From Oculina patagonica (lineage: Eukaryota), in NCBI RefSeq assembly GCF_052425735.1, contig NC_135759.1:34906001-34970000 (forward strand): a stretch of DNA of 64,000 bases. The letters run 5' to 3'. Numbering within the stretch: position 1 is the first letter of the stretch; the number at the start of each line of letters is the position of its first letter. Positions 51,801-64,000 of this stretch are shown here, piece after piece. A program made the position numbers and the translations under genes. The notes under the pieces were generated by a model. The model saw only the letters and a program-made list of their open reading frames with translations, searched no databases and was not told the DNA's origin.

Positions 51801-54800
51801 GGGAAAAAGGGATGGGGTCCAAGTAAATCTAATTTAAGAATAAAATGAACTTCAAATGTGCACACATATGTAGCCAAGTCCCTTTTCAATGTTCATGTGT
51901 AGCAAGTGTTCCTGTACAAAGGGAAAGCTTTCCAGGCTAGTGGTTGACCACAAATTTAATACTATATGAGGTAGGTTGATAGTAAAGTTTAAGCACAAGA
52001 AGGGCCTTTAGTTAGTACCAATCTGTAACATGTATTATAGCAATACTTGTAAAGCTGAACAAAAGAATGCATAATAATAAAAATACAGTAGAACCCTGAT
52101 CTCTCAAACCCTTGGTTTCTTGAAACTCCTGATTTCTTGAACCAATTTTCGTTTCCCTTGGAAAGTACTTCTCTGCAATTTCACCCATGACTTCTTAAAA
52201 CTCCCGTTTTTTTGAAGGGTTTTTTTTCCTGGAGGTTCCAGAAATGGGGATTCTACTGTTCAGTACTGTATGTACAAGTGTGATACCTTGGCACAACTCA
52301 TGAGTAAGTCAGGATCTTGAGGACACCAGGCTATTGACAGGATTCCCCTAGAATCACAAAAAAAGTGTAAACAAATTTACTTATCTGTTACCTTATTGTT
52401 ACTTATTTTCGCGGGACTTAATTTCGGCGATTTTCGCAATGTTTTGAAAATCGCGAAATTAAAGACCCGCGAAAATTTATTTTAAACGTTTTCTATTGTA
52501 TTTTTTTATGTTAATTACGTATTTTTGGCCAAATCGCGAAAATTAAGTCCCGCGAAATATGCCCGTTCCATTTTCGTGAAATTAAGTCCCCGCGAAAAAA
52601 GTAACAATAAGGTACATTGTAGATTTTCAAGAGCATAATATATGTATGAGTGAGAAAAAGAAGCACTTACCTCTGATGGCCTTCAAGCACTTTCATAGGA
52701 GAAGTGGCAAACCTGAGATCCCACATCTGTAAATTTAAAGGAAAAATTACAGTAAATACCACAATGCATTGTTTATTATTTGTTAACTGATGACCTTTAA
52801 CAATAACATGCATTCAAGATGCCACGTGGTGTTTGCTAAGTATGAAAAGAAATGGCATTGTTTAAAACTGGTTACAGGCAATCATTAAGTACTTGCTGAT
52901 AATCAGTTAAAGCCTATGTAACAATTTAAATGAAAAAGGATGTACCAGACTGCTAAACTTTAAGCCTGTGAACAGGCTTCCTAGTGAGGTGTAGCAGGAA
53001 AAACCAGTGAGCAGAGTGAGCTAAGCATGGTCTTTGAAGTAAGATCTCCCAGCAAGAATGTGCTTAGCTCGCTTGGATTATATAGCCTGCAATGCAGGTG
53101 TTTTCTGTAGGCGCGCGTAGTATTAGTTCGCGATCGAGTACATTTACCGCCATATTGGATGAGGGCGCCAGGGCAGAGAGAGACTTGGAAGCGAGGAAAA
53201 GTGAGAGGGGGGAGGGGGTGGGGGAGAGCAAAGGAGAAAACCCTTCCCTCCCCCTCCCCCTCACTCCCTTTTCTGCCTCACTCCTACTACCCTAGGACAC
53301 GTTTCTCCTATCCCCAATCCTCTCCCGAGTAAGAATCCAAGATGGCGCCCGATCAAAATGCATTCGAATGTGCCCACAAAATATGACTGCTTTGCAGGCT
53401 AGGATTTCTAATCCCCCCACCACCTCCCAATACCCACCTGAATGACTGGGTATCTGTCATCTTCAGAAGCTAACACCATCTGAGTTGCCACATCTGGATG
53501 CCATTCAACTGCCTTACATCGAATCTGAAAACATGTAATACAGTTTTACCTTATGTGTAAGTTACATTGTACATATCATTCAATATATATTGAGTTAGAA
53601 GTACAAGTACTTCATACCACTAAACATAAATTAGGTACAACATGTCCCTATACTCACCGTAGCACTCTGATCACTGACTTTGATGATCGGTTCATTTTTC
53701 CTCAAATCCCACACAACACAGCGGCCGCAGGGAGAAGCTGAAGCCAAGATGTGTTGCACTTGTCTGTTCCACGCCACGCAACTGATGTTATCAGGCGGCA
53801 GAGTCTTACTTCCAGGTGTCAGAGGGTTGCTAGGGTTTGTCAAATCCCAGATGTAGATTTCAGAATCGCTGGCTCCTGATGCCAATAGGCTTGTTTTAAA
53901 GGGGTTACAATCCAGAGCTTGGACAGGTCCTTTTTTAAAAGTAGAAAACAGAAAAAAAAATATATTACCCAGGGTTGTCAGTGGGTTTTTGAGTAGCAGG
54001 TTCCATCCAAAAGGTAGGCGGCTACAAAACACTCAGAACTTGATAACACACACTCAGTAGCCGGCGCAGAGTTTGGAATAGCCGGTGAAAAGCGCCCGTT
54101 GCCGGCTTATTTTGACAACCCTGTATTACATTTACCGACTTGTGAATTTACTTGTATAGGATACGAGGTCTTCAAAACAAATTAATGCTTGATTACCTGT
54201 GTGTTTAGTAGACTGAAACACCATCGAGTCATCAACATCTCCCGATATAATTTTGTTTGTATCATAGATGCTGATAATGCCATTGTCACTTCCACCAATC
54301 AAAAGCCCTGACGATGAACTGGAAGACTCCATGCCATGTGATCCCCAGACTAATTTGTGGAACCTTGACGACAAGAAAATAACAACAACAACAATAAAAA
54401 ATTGAAACTACTGATTGCTGGTTCTGAAGAATACTTTTAAGACATGTACAGTGTACTTGTGAAACTGAATAATATTAAATTTTAAATATTTGAACTACGG
54501 GAGAAAGATTAAACATGTGAAGGTCATTATAGTAATGAACACACATTAAGCAGTTAGGAAAAGAAAGCCTGAAAAAAAAATTCATTCAAGCGTTGATTTT
54601 ATTTAGGTCTTCTTTTTGCAACTGCTAAGGTGCATACAATAAAGCAATGATCTTTTGTATTTCATACTGAGGTCCTTTAATAACGTTTTAACTCAATTCT
54701 ACAATATTCTACTTGATATTTCAGATTGGAAATTAAAGAGTTAATGACCTTACCTGTGTTCTGTAGCCACCGTTCCTTTGAGTGGTATCTCTGTGTCACT

Positions 54801-56050
54801 ACTTGACAGGTTAAGTGCAAAAATCTCCAGAGCAGCATTGGTGCTAAAAGAGAGCAAACAAATGATATAAATCCTTGTCGAAGCAGCTTAGCCAAAATGC
54901 AACTAGCAAATCCATTGGCACTTTGCTGGGCTGGAAGTGATTTGAGCTCAATCTCTTGCTAATAAATTTCTTGCAGTCTCTTGGTAAACAGTCAACTGTA
55001 GGCCAATTATTTTCACTGTTTAACACAGAAGTGGTATTACTTCATTTAATGTGGGACAATGAAACCATAACTTGTCAAAACAAGAACAGAACTTGGCAAC
55101 TTGCTCAAGTAAATTTGAATTAAACATGAATTGAATTGGTTTGACTGTAAGTGAAAGTGTCCTCTGGACTATATTGTAGCTAATGAATCTTGCTTCAAGC
55201 TTTACCAAAGAGACACTAAGAGAGCAAAGTGTCTTGTCCAAGACCACATTATGATAAACTTTGCCAGGGATTAAAACCTGTCCCTCTTCATCTGGAGTCA
55301 AACATGCTACCATTGCTTGCATCTAAGCGTGAACATGTAGTGCCAAAACATGATCTAATTGGATATAAAAGTGGCATGATTGGTCATCAAACGTTTGAAG
55401 TTTTGCAAACCCTAACAGCAACTTTCCCAATACATTCTGGTTTGGAAATGGTGGAAAGATTGGATATATAGACTTTCTCCAAAACATTTGTCCTAATCTG
55501 TGTCAATATGCATTAAATCACTTCTAGTGTAAAGTTTCATCTGTACTCAATGTTTATGGTGAGCATTTTGAGTGTGAAAGTTTACGTTACTATTTGCTTA
55601 ACTTCAAATGCTTGATGACCAATCATGCCACCCAATTAGATAATGTTTCCGTGGCACATGTTTATGCCTAAATGCAAGGGACAGGTCATTGTACCTCAGT
55701 ACGTATTTATAAGGACTTTCATTAAGACCAGCATCCACCAGCGGGTCTGTCGTGAATTACTGGCTAAAATTCATGCAGCTCCCTATAAAAGGGAGATGTT
55801 ACCAGCTTCTTCTATTACTCTCTGATGGGTGCCACATAAGAGCAACCACCTTCTTCAAATCTTATTAAAAGCCCTGATATATATCTTGTGATGTTTAATT
55901 TTCATTTAGATGAGGAATCAAGGATGTATATATGTACCTGAAGGTAGCATCAAGCTGTTGAGCTGCTGTGCCTGCTGCGAGATAGATAGGATACTGGGGT
56001 GCAGGACTCCAAGCAATATTTGCTGTTCTATTGACTTCTTTGACTTTCAT
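39870..56050 (-). CDS. SEC31: Protein transport protein SEC31 (COPII outer coat); 32 coding exons, about 1262 aa (1286 aa with the distal donor)
   Basis: Exons: 56050-55938, 54843-54754, 54363-54197, 53929-53658, 53524-53438, 52726-52671, 52347-52287, 51669-51619, 51464-51306, 50772-50623, 50318-50265, 49837-49682, 49142-49068, 48956-48861, 48408-48337, 47759-47660, 47515-47462, 46871-46789, 46594-46499, 46396-46167, 46061-46019, 45441-45344, 45089-45014, 44801-44658, 44519-43955, 43863-43802, 43223-43121, 42513-42398 (or 42326), 41082-40975, 40522-40451, 40242-40200, 40006-39870. Phases are consistent. Peptides: [16 protein letters not shown]...[11 protein letters not shown]40 repeats ([32 protein letters not shown]), [10 protein letters not shown], a Pro/Gln-rich region and C-terminal [20 protein letters not shown]. 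Confidence 0.96.
43278..43373 (+). mobile_element. Very short RTE-clade LINE 3' tail in a SEC31 intron
   Basis: [19 protein letters not shown]-like ending, (TGA)n tail and imperfect flanking repeat TTCAAA(A)CAAG. Confidence 0.7.
43445..43496. mobile_element. 52-bp TAGCC...GGCTA mini-element with 9-bp TSD
   Basis: TAGCCTGCGA...TCGCAGGCTA; TSD ACTCTTTAT. Confidence 0.85.
45518..45955. mobile_element. TTAA-flanked (Kolobok-like) non-autonomous element
   Basis: TTAA|GGTGATTCCCTAG...CTAGGGAATTACC|TTAA. Confidence 0.8.
46919..47419. mobile_element. MITE with GATATAACGA subterminal repeats
   Basis: CAGTGAAACCCCGATATAACG...CGTTATATCGGGGTTCCACTG. Confidence 0.85.
49225..49615. repeat. Long-TIR dispersed repeat; second decayed copy at about 55315-55690
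   Basis: GATTGCATCTACCTGTGAA...TTCACAGGTAGGTGCAATT inverted ends; both copies share the core TTCTAGTGTAAAGTTTCA...TGTTTATGGTGA. Confidence 0.65.
52391..52612. mobile_element. TA-flanked MITE
   Basis: TA|CCTTATTGTTACTT...AAGTAACAATAAGG|TA with TTCGCG repeats. Confidence 0.85.
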
Positions 56051-56845
56051 TTTATCTATAAGATGACAGTGAGAGTGATGTGATAGTTTTGAGCAAACTT
56101 ACAGTATATTTTTATTTATTTAACCTGACAATTATTGTGATACATTGGGGATGGAGATGGAACAAAAACATTAGATAAATTGTCACATAATCAATCACAA
56201 TAGGTCTCCACTACTAATTAGTTGAGTATAAATTCATTGTTGGCCAGCACAATTAAAACAAACAAAACGTTAACTAGTACAGATCAGCTGTCACATACAT
56301 GTAGAATGCTCCAATATTAATTGCATTCATCAAATCTTCCCTCAACCTTGATATCTATTATCTCCCTTACCTAAGATTTCCACACACAGAAAGTTCATAC
56401 AAAAACAATTTTGCAATTGATTTTGTTAAATAATAATTCGTTGATAATAATTAACATTCCGTTGATATCGAGAGATTTTTATGTATTTAGCAATCAGCCG
56501 AGGGAATATTCTAAAGAAAACAAACATAATTTTAGAGTGCAAAAAGAGTCGAGCTTAACAGTCGCTCAAATTGTCAAATTGTTGCCTTGAAAACCGGCTT
56601 TTTAGAAGTGCTGCTTAAAAAACTTGCTGATAGGAAAATATAATTTGACTCGACGTGAACAGAGATAACTAATACAATTATTCTGGAATCACACGAGCCT
56701 AAAACTTCATGCAGAAGCATTAATGATAAATTCGGTTTATAAACCCGTTCTCGTGGAGAAATCCCATAGGATCGATCGAAGACAGCTGAAGATCGATTAT
56801 AAACCACAGACATAAATGAAACTCCATTTGTGGCGAGCTACCTAC

Positions 56846-57050
56846 CTTTGCTTTGCGTTTCTCGTCACAAAAATAAGTTTCATAAAACCAGAAATAAGGC
56901 AGGAAAAAATAAGTTTGTCAGACCAAGGTAATGTAGTAATTATAGAGGAGAATTCCGCTGTTGTGGATCACCATACGTGTAAACCTAAACGACTCCACTC
57001 TCAGCAACGTGGCAAATATTTTGCGGCGAACCTCGCTTTCAAGCTGCAAC
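56846..57050 (-). promoter_or_regulatory. Probable non-coding first exon / promoter region of SEC31
   Basis: The SEC31 ATG lies 5 nt after an acceptor (CTTATAG|ATAAAATG). A donor GCAAAG|GTAGGT at 56846/56845 sits in a locally CpG-richer stretch. The upstream boundary is a guess. Confidence 0.4.
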
Positions 57051-57224
57051 AATGGTCAGTTGTTGTCAATATAACAATGCAGTACTTCATATAACAGTAA
57101 GCAAAGAGTCTACATAGGGAACTCAAAGGAAAGCGATATTCTGCCTAACATTAACTTGAAAATATTATACATTTTTATATTTGGAAACTCCAAAGAAATC
57201 GTCCTTGTGAGAGTTGTAACGAAT

Positions 57225-57344
57225 GTCTTGAAAGAGGCTGTTGCTTGAGATGACGTTTCGACAACCTGAGCGGAAGTCACTTCACTCTCGGAAAATGACT
57301 TCCTCTCAGGAATGTCAGTCACCAGCAACAGTCTTCGTCAAGAC
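57225..57344. repeat. Palindromic repeat made of two inverted, decayed hammerhead-like motifs
   Basis: Minus strand GTGAAG-TGACTTCCGCTCAGGTTGTC-GAAA-CG-TC with the first core box mutated; a partially deleted mirror copy is on the plus strand. Confidence 0.5.
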
Positions 57345-57519
57345 TACAAACGAAAATAGACTTATACTAGAAGTACATAATTTATAATGCATGCTGTGTT
57401 ATACGTGATCCAAGAACAAATAACCTATCTTGCTGGTCAGTCTGAAAAACAAAAACATTTTTTTTCTAGAAACATTTTTATAAGAACGTTGAGGCTAAGA
57501 TTGACCAAATTTTAAGGAG

Positions 57520-58100
57520 CTCGTTGCTCGGTTGGTTAGAGCGCCCAACCGGTATCTGGGAGGCCATGGGACCGATTCCCGTCGGGGACTCAGGATTTTT
57601 CTTTGTCCCATGCTCATCATCATTGTTGAAAAATTCATCTTCATTATTTATCACCGAGCTTAAAATTTACCATCTTTATTATTTACTACACACTTGATGA
57701 TTTCGACATTGCTTATCCTAGCAGTATGGAGGACGCGTGTCACATATCAACCTAGTAAATGGCCCAGGTCACCACGAGTCTCTCGTAGCTCAGTTGGTTA
57801 GAGCGCCCAAACGGTATCTAGGAGGCCATGGGTTCGATTCCCGTCGAGGACTCAGGATTTTTCTTTGTCCCATGCTTATGTCATTGTTGAAAAATTCATC
57901 TTCATTATTTATCGCCGAGCTTAAAATTTACCATCTTTATTATTTACTACACACTTGATGATTTCGACATTACTGATCCCAGCAGTATGCAGGACGCGTG
58001 TCACATACCACCCTAGTAAATGGCCCAGCTCACCACGAGTCTCTCGTAGCTCAGTTGGTTAGAGCATGGCTTCGATTCCCGTCGGGGACTCAGGATTTTT
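57520..58100 (+). repeat. Tandem array (about 262-bp unit, 2.2 copies) with tRNA-like Pol III promoter heads
   Basis: Units start at 57520, 57782 and 58043. Each has TAGCTCAGTTGGTTAGAGC (A box) and GGTTCGATTCC (B box) variants; no canonical anticodon arm. Confidence 0.85.
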
Positions 58101-58301
58101 AATTTATTGAAATACTATAGAATTTTCAGCCTCGAATCGTAAAATTAATATAAGAAGGGTCAGTCTTAAAATTGGACGTTCTTGTAAAAAAGTATAGACT
58201 GTAAACAGTTTAATTCGCGATATGAAAACTTGATAACTTATTACAAGAAATACTAGCGACATCAAATGTTTGCGTTTTTCATTTGCGAAACTTATATTTA
58301 A

Positions 58302-58517
58302 AAGGCGCGTTTACACGGCAGAAAAATTTGAATACGGACCCGTCAGAAAATTGGTCCGCACCTGACCACTTTTGTAGAGAAACAGTCAAATCAAAACGGG
58401 GCCATAGGCGCCTATGGCCCCGATTTGATTTGACTGTTTCTCTATAAAAGTGGTCAAGTCCGGACTAATTTTTTGACGGGTCCGTACCCAATTTTCTCTG
58501 TCGTGTAAACGCGCCTT
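58302..58517. mobile_element. 216-bp fully palindromic MITE (PIF/Harbinger-like termini)
   Basis: AAGGCGCGTTTACACG...CGTGTAAACGCGCCTT with a spacer-less centre GGGGCCATAGGCGCCTATGGCCCC. Confidence 0.85.
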
Positions 58518-60081
58518 GCAGTTTTTTATTTATTTATTGGAAATGCAGAAATTCGAGAAAATAAGGCGTCACGAATATCATCCTTCTAAAATGGTGAAAT
58601 CAACTTGCCGCGAAAATTTCATGTTGTGGGGCTGTTTTGGACTCTTGGCTTTTTCAAATGAATACGTAAAGCACGCAGCTACTTGACAGGAGGGATATTA
58701 ATACGTAAAGCAGGGGTTGTAGAAGATTTACTAGTTACTGCTACGTATTTCATACACAAACAAAACAAGAGTAAGGTAAATATACGCTCTTTTATTAAAT
58801 AATTCCAAATCTATGGCCGAATAAAGACACTGATACCGCTCTTAATTTATTGCAAAAATGTAATTGAGTGAACTTTTTGTGAACCCCTATACATGATAGA
58901 AAGTAAATACGTTATATATCAGAAACCCATTATGGGTTTCTGTATATATATAATGTATAATACATACTAGTTATGCAACGCGTTCGAGTGGTATACTATG
59001 GAATATCCCACGAGACTTTAGGCGAGTGTGTATTCCACGAAAATACAAGTGACAAGTGGGATATTCCATAGATACCACGAGAAAGTGTTGTGTAACTATT
59101 TTATACCATGCCATAGAAAATACGCTTACTAAATTTCGTCGAGAATACAAACGCAGCGCAAGATGGGAAGGTTGGGTTGAATACCGTCCAATATACAACG
59201 GCTTTCCTGTATTCTGATTGGCTGTATTTTCTATGGCATGATATAAATAACAATATAGTATAAAATGATGGTATAATTTAGATTTCATGAGTATGTGAAA
59301 TAACAACTGACCAATTGAAAATTATAAAATTAAAACCCACAAACTCCGTTTTAAAAGTCGAGTAGCTAACCGCAGTCGAGGATATATTCACATTATGCAA
59401 ATTATATGAAAGCAGTTTATGTACAAATATAATAAAGTAACATCCAAATTAAACGTACAAAATCCGTGGAAATTTAAATTTACCAAAGACCTGCCCAGAC
59501 CTCTATAATATTAGTCTGCAAAGCTGACGGTTCTTCTCGCTCAATGGCTACCAGAGAGCTTTAGTTTCTAGTTAAAGTGCGACTTCAAGTACAAGATTTA
59601 CTAATAGTAGAAGAGTTTGCGCGTGTAAACCAGTGTTTCTTTGGCGGGAAGAAACCTCGGTAGCCGCATCATTTTAACTGCAAGGTTTTCTAACCTTCGC
59701 GAAATGGCATGAGTATCCTCTGTCACTCAACATGTCAAAAATGTTTCTCAAAAAGAAAAAAAAGATTTTCATTTTTTTTTTGTCACTGCATGACATGAAC
59801 CGACAGCTACGCAAGTTAACAGAACGTTAATAACAAACCGCACAATTGAGATTTCGACAATTATGTATGAAAAAATAATACTAATGGTAAGTAAAAGAAC
59901 ATGGTCTTCAAATATTTTCGAACGCGGCTAAATTCGATTACTCGAAATTCAGACAATAAAATTTAACCAGTATTCTCGGAAAAAGGGGCTGCAACTCCCC
60001 CTCCCCCTCCGAGTCCCCCAACCCACCTAACCGCCATTTTCCTCGTTCTACCGACCTATTCCCGGTACATTATTTGGGACA

Positions 60082-60235
60082 TGTAGCAGCTCTCGTAAGG
60101 TCTCACATGAATGGCTCGCTTTCCTTCGAGAACACAATATAACAAACAACATAAACAGTACCCCTAGCCCCAAACACAATAGCAACTGCTACACTAGAGA
60201 ACCACTAGAATTACAAGTTTACGAGAGCTGTTACA
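60082..60235. mobile_element. 154-bp TG...CA element (MITE or solo-LTR-like) just downstream of the EXT2 stop
   Basis: TGTAGCAGCTCTCGTAA...TTACGAGAGCTGTTACA; homologous pieces at about 33710-33810 and 9750-9870. Confidence 0.6.
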
Positions 60236-60262
60236 CTCCTGGATTATTTAAGAAAAGTCTTC

Positions 60263-63200
60263 CTAGATGCTTCCTATGTCTTTGTACAGCTTCAGTTTAT
60301 CCGGCAGTGTTTCTCCAAACAGCAGTGGGTCGGCTCTGAACTCCACCGTCTCAAGCGGCATGCGACCATAAGCGCGGACAAACTCATTCAAACACTCGGA
60401 CCGCTCCACGAAATGACTTGGATCGGCCCACAGCGATTCAGTCACACACTCTGGGCAGCGGAAACGTTTTCGGCGGGTTACCTGTTTATATAAGAGGATC
60501 GCAAAAAAGCTTTTCATTAAAATCAAGGAAAGGAAAGTGCAAATGTGGGGTTAAGTCTGTGTTCGGGCCAAGTGGCCCATACAGCCGGAGCTTATCCCGG
60601 TTTCCGTAGCATTAAGCGACTGGGAGTATTGCTACGCCCCTGAATGGGATGCTAGTCCATCGCAGGGTTACCCCCAGCAGTAAATTCGCTGGTACCCATT
60701 TATACACCTTGCCCAAGAACACAACGCAGTGCCCCGGCCAGGGTTCGAACCTGGGCCGTTCGACTCGGATTCAGGCGCACTAACCATTAGGCCACCATAC
60801 CTCACACAGTGCAAATGTAGAAATGAACGTAATAACCAGTTTCTTTGCAAAAAAATCGCATGTGACATAGTGTTGACCAAGATTCTAACAAAAGCAAAAT
60901 CGAATGATTCGTTTAGGCGCAGTTATCTATTAACCTCCAATCTTCTTATTTTAGCTCCCCTTTTAGCAATTAGCTCTTCAAGTCTATCAAGCCAATCCAA
61001 GCAAGGTTGGAATTTGAATAAGTAAATGTAAAACCTACGCACTTTTCTCAAAACCTGTAGACTACTTCAAACACCTTCACCTTGTGGATAAAAAGTACCT
61101 TAATCGGTGCCTTGCCAGTGTAGTTGGTGACCATGAAGTTCATGGCAATGTCTTCACAGTTCATGTGTTTGTCAACCCAGTCTCTTATATAGGACGGCAT
61201 CATGTACGTAAACAAATGACTGAAATACTGCAGGCGGAGAGAATGAAAGCACATGAAATTAATATTAAAAATTTTGGTCATATAATGCGCAGTCTGAATG
61301 GTTGTGTAGGCGTTTTGTGTGAGGTTATGTATTCAAAGTTATGACGTTTCATTGCATTTTGTTGGGTTTTGGAAATTGGCTCCTTCTCTTTTCTCCGCAG
61401 AGGCTTCTGTTGTATTCTCGCATAGGCGCGCCTGGCCCGGGGGAAGACTGGGGAGAGGGAAATATAAGACGCGTGTTGCACTGACCTCCCCCGCCGGTCA
61501 TACCACGTTTACAGTGCAGTGCCAGTAGTACCGGAACGTAAGAACTACAGTACTAAATAAATAATACTCCTAACGCTGCCTCTTAAGACACCGTACAGGT
61601 CACCAAAAATTAACGAGTCGAGGGAGCTTTTTTCATATCTACCCAATCCCATTCCTAGCATGCGTAGCAGGCGTCTGTGTGCGTTTTTTAGCGCGTTTAA
61701 AAGAGTGCACGATCGCGAGAAGGCCGCGCGTTTCCTATACGCGCGCTCGAAACTACGGCGCCTGCTACGCATTCCACGCAATCCACACTTTATGCAGAGC
61801 CTCTTTGGAGGGCTGTACAATCACGGGGACTGGATTCAATCAAAATTTTGTAATACTGAGAAACGCTAAGATCTACAAAAGCCTCAATCTGATCTCTTGC
61901 TTGATTCTTGGTTTTCTTATCCACGCCGACCTCTCCGGCTTTCTGCAATGCCGTCCCAGTAACAAGTAAGCAATTTATAACACTACCTTGCGTGTCTTCC
62001 TTCTCCCGTGCAACCCTTTTGGGGGCTGTCACGCAACGCTAATGGCAAAGCACCATTGCGTGACAAGCTATATAACAGCTGTGAATGAGGCTTAGTTCAC
62101 TTGGGCAAGTGCTAATCAACAGCGAGAACAACAACAAAAGTATCTATCACGTGCACAAACCTTGTGATGAAAAGCGCATCCAGTCAGCACCATGGACACG
62201 CTGTTTGTCCACTCTGATTCGTACTTGAACTTATCACTGTTGTTCTGATTGGTGTGAACACGACCCGGGAATCCCACAAGACGATCAGGGAACTCTCGCC
62301 AGGCCTAATGAATAAAGCAGAATGGCTGTGGATTGACAAGGCAACGATCATACCAAGGACACAAAAGATTTATCTTATTAACCAAGCGTTCTAAGGAATA
62401 TTGGCCCGAGGACTTGACAAAACGGATCGAGCGCGGCAAGGTCCGTACAGAAAAGACTAAAGGCCAATATTCTTGAAGTACGCTCAGATTTATTACGCGA
62501 CGACTTTATAATTAAAAGAAGAGCAGTAGAAACTTTACCCAAGGGTAGTGGATCTAGTTGAGGGGCCCGGGTGACTCAGGCCTTCTCCTTATGTTTGGTA
62601 AAAGACATGTTTTTAATGACAGCCCCCGCTAGAATGTTTTTGGGTGCTCACACACAAAAGAGGGTCCTCCCATAGTTCAAGGTCTGGATCCACCCTTGTA
62701 ATGGAGCGACAGTAAAGAACTCTGTTTGATTGATTTTAGTTGTCAACTATCTTAGCCGTGTAATAAGCGCATTTATGGAAACTTCAATTCCTAATTATTG
62801 AAAAAACATTGTTATTGAGGCTTCCTAAATAGGTCATTTTCAGATGTCCAAAACTACTGTCAAATTGAATGAAATCACAAAATAATAGTTTTCTAAGGTA
62901 GAAAAATGCCAAAGAAGCAATAATAAACTGAAAATAAACAAGAATTGAAAGAATGGTTATAAGACTGACCATGATTTAAAGACGGATTACGAACGACAAA
63001 CTTGAAAATAATTGACCATATTTCAAAATACGGTGCCCTATCTACTACTCCATCTAAGCTACATGTGTGCCACCCCCGGCCCGGGGTCACCTACCTGGAA
63101 GCCAAATTCCAATTCATCTGGTGTGAGCATCAGAATGTCATCATCTATGGCAAGAATTGCTTCTGTTTCAATTTCATTGTAAGGATAAAACCTGCCATGC

Positions 63201-64000
63201 AAACCAAATGGCCAAAATGTTATGTTAATCACATATTAAACTCGTCCTGAAACGACAGTTGACTTTCCAAATATGAGCCGCACACCCGATAGCTTGTGTG
63301 AGCTCTGCTCACGTTGTACAGAAGAACGAGAGAAGGGATTGTTCCTACCTGTTGCTCAGCTTGTTCTCTTTAGTTCTGACAACTTTCACCGGCTTTGACA
63401 ATTTAGGCCACTTGGCAACTGTAAAGAGAACGATTACTTATTAAAATAACAGCTTTTGCTCTATTTATTGTGTCTAGCTGCCTGGTGGTTCAGTTAAGAG
63501 AGCGCCAAGTAGAAAGGGTTATGCGAGGAGAAAGCGCTGGTCCTCTTCTAACGACTGCAAGTGGCATGACCTGCTAAGATTTACCGCCCCTCTGCTAACA
63601 AGTGACTGCTTAGGACCAAAGTGACCTCGTTAAAAATCTTAACAACAGACAAGAAAAAAGCTAAAATATCTAACTTACCAGATGGAGGGGCTTTGTTGAC
63701 ATTGTTCCACACAACAACGATCTGTGAAAGAAAGAGCAAAAACTTGGCAACTTGATTCCCAGGGGTTACATAAACTTTTGGAACTGAACTAATTTCGCAG
63801 GCTGGGTTAGTTGGTGCAATGTCAAGACCAGAATTAAATAGGATGGAGAAATGAGGGAAACCAGTCACGGTAAAATGTAAAAAGATCCATCACTTACCTT
63901 TGTCAAACTAGGTGTATCTGCAATTTTTGTGATAACTTTAAACATGGTGTCCACTCGGTCATAACACAGGACCACAGCAGTAAATCCTTGATTTGAGTAA
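60263..64000 (-). CDS. EXT2: Exostosin-2 (heparan sulfate polymerase), 3' seven exons encoding the GT64 domain; 5' part outside the window
   Basis: Exons: >64000-63898, 63721-63679, 63418-63349, 63191-63095, 62304-62161, 61227-61099, 60481-60263. Peptides: [50 protein letters not shown] (DXD), [49 protein letters not shown]...RADPLLF...IGSI*. The termini fit EXT2 better than EXT1 or EXTL3. Confidence 0.93.
60553..60806 (-). mobile_element. tRNA-derived SINE in the last EXT2 intron
   Basis: Minus-strand head TGGCCTAATGGTTAG...GGTTCGAACCC; body homologous to 4372-4565. Confidence 0.8.

Noticed and set aside
57520-58100. Possible tRNA gene cluster or CRISPR-like array
   Set aside because: No canonical anticodon or acceptor arms, and the sequences between heads are copies of each other, not unique spacers; eukaryotic context with no cas genes.

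Overview
Eukaryotic (metazoan) genomic DNA, AT-rich and intron-rich. The repeat landscape suggests an anthozoan, probably a stony coral (inference). Six protein genes can be rebuilt by hand from GT-AG splice sites. They are a 5'-truncated single-exon rhodopsin-class GPCR (+, 1-810), HSPA14 (-, 17 coding exons, 509 aa), two tandem Fuseless-family membrane protein paralogues (-, 2 exons each), SEC31 (-, 32 coding exons, about 1262 aa) and the 3' half of EXT2 (-, runs off the window). Introns and intergenic DNA are packed with MITEs, tRNA-derived SINEs, RTE tails, a decayed Crypton element and a Penelope fragment. The most unusual region is 30-38 kb. There a 4.5-kb TIR element with an exact 6-bp target-site duplication (TSD) contains a near-perfect 522-bp foldback palindrome (7-bp TSD), a Penelope-linked hammerhead ribozyme with an intact core, and two more nested mini-elements. 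Next to it is a 231-nt self-complementary GC-rich insert of unknown class with a 9-bp flanking repeat. Other notes: the GPCR lacks the aminergic Asp3.32 and Trp7.40; the Fuseless paralogues show apparent gene conversion; SEC31 has candidate alternative/poison splicing. No CRISPR array, rRNA or bona fide tRNA gene was seen. All calls are by eye and memory of the protein and TE families; no searches were run.
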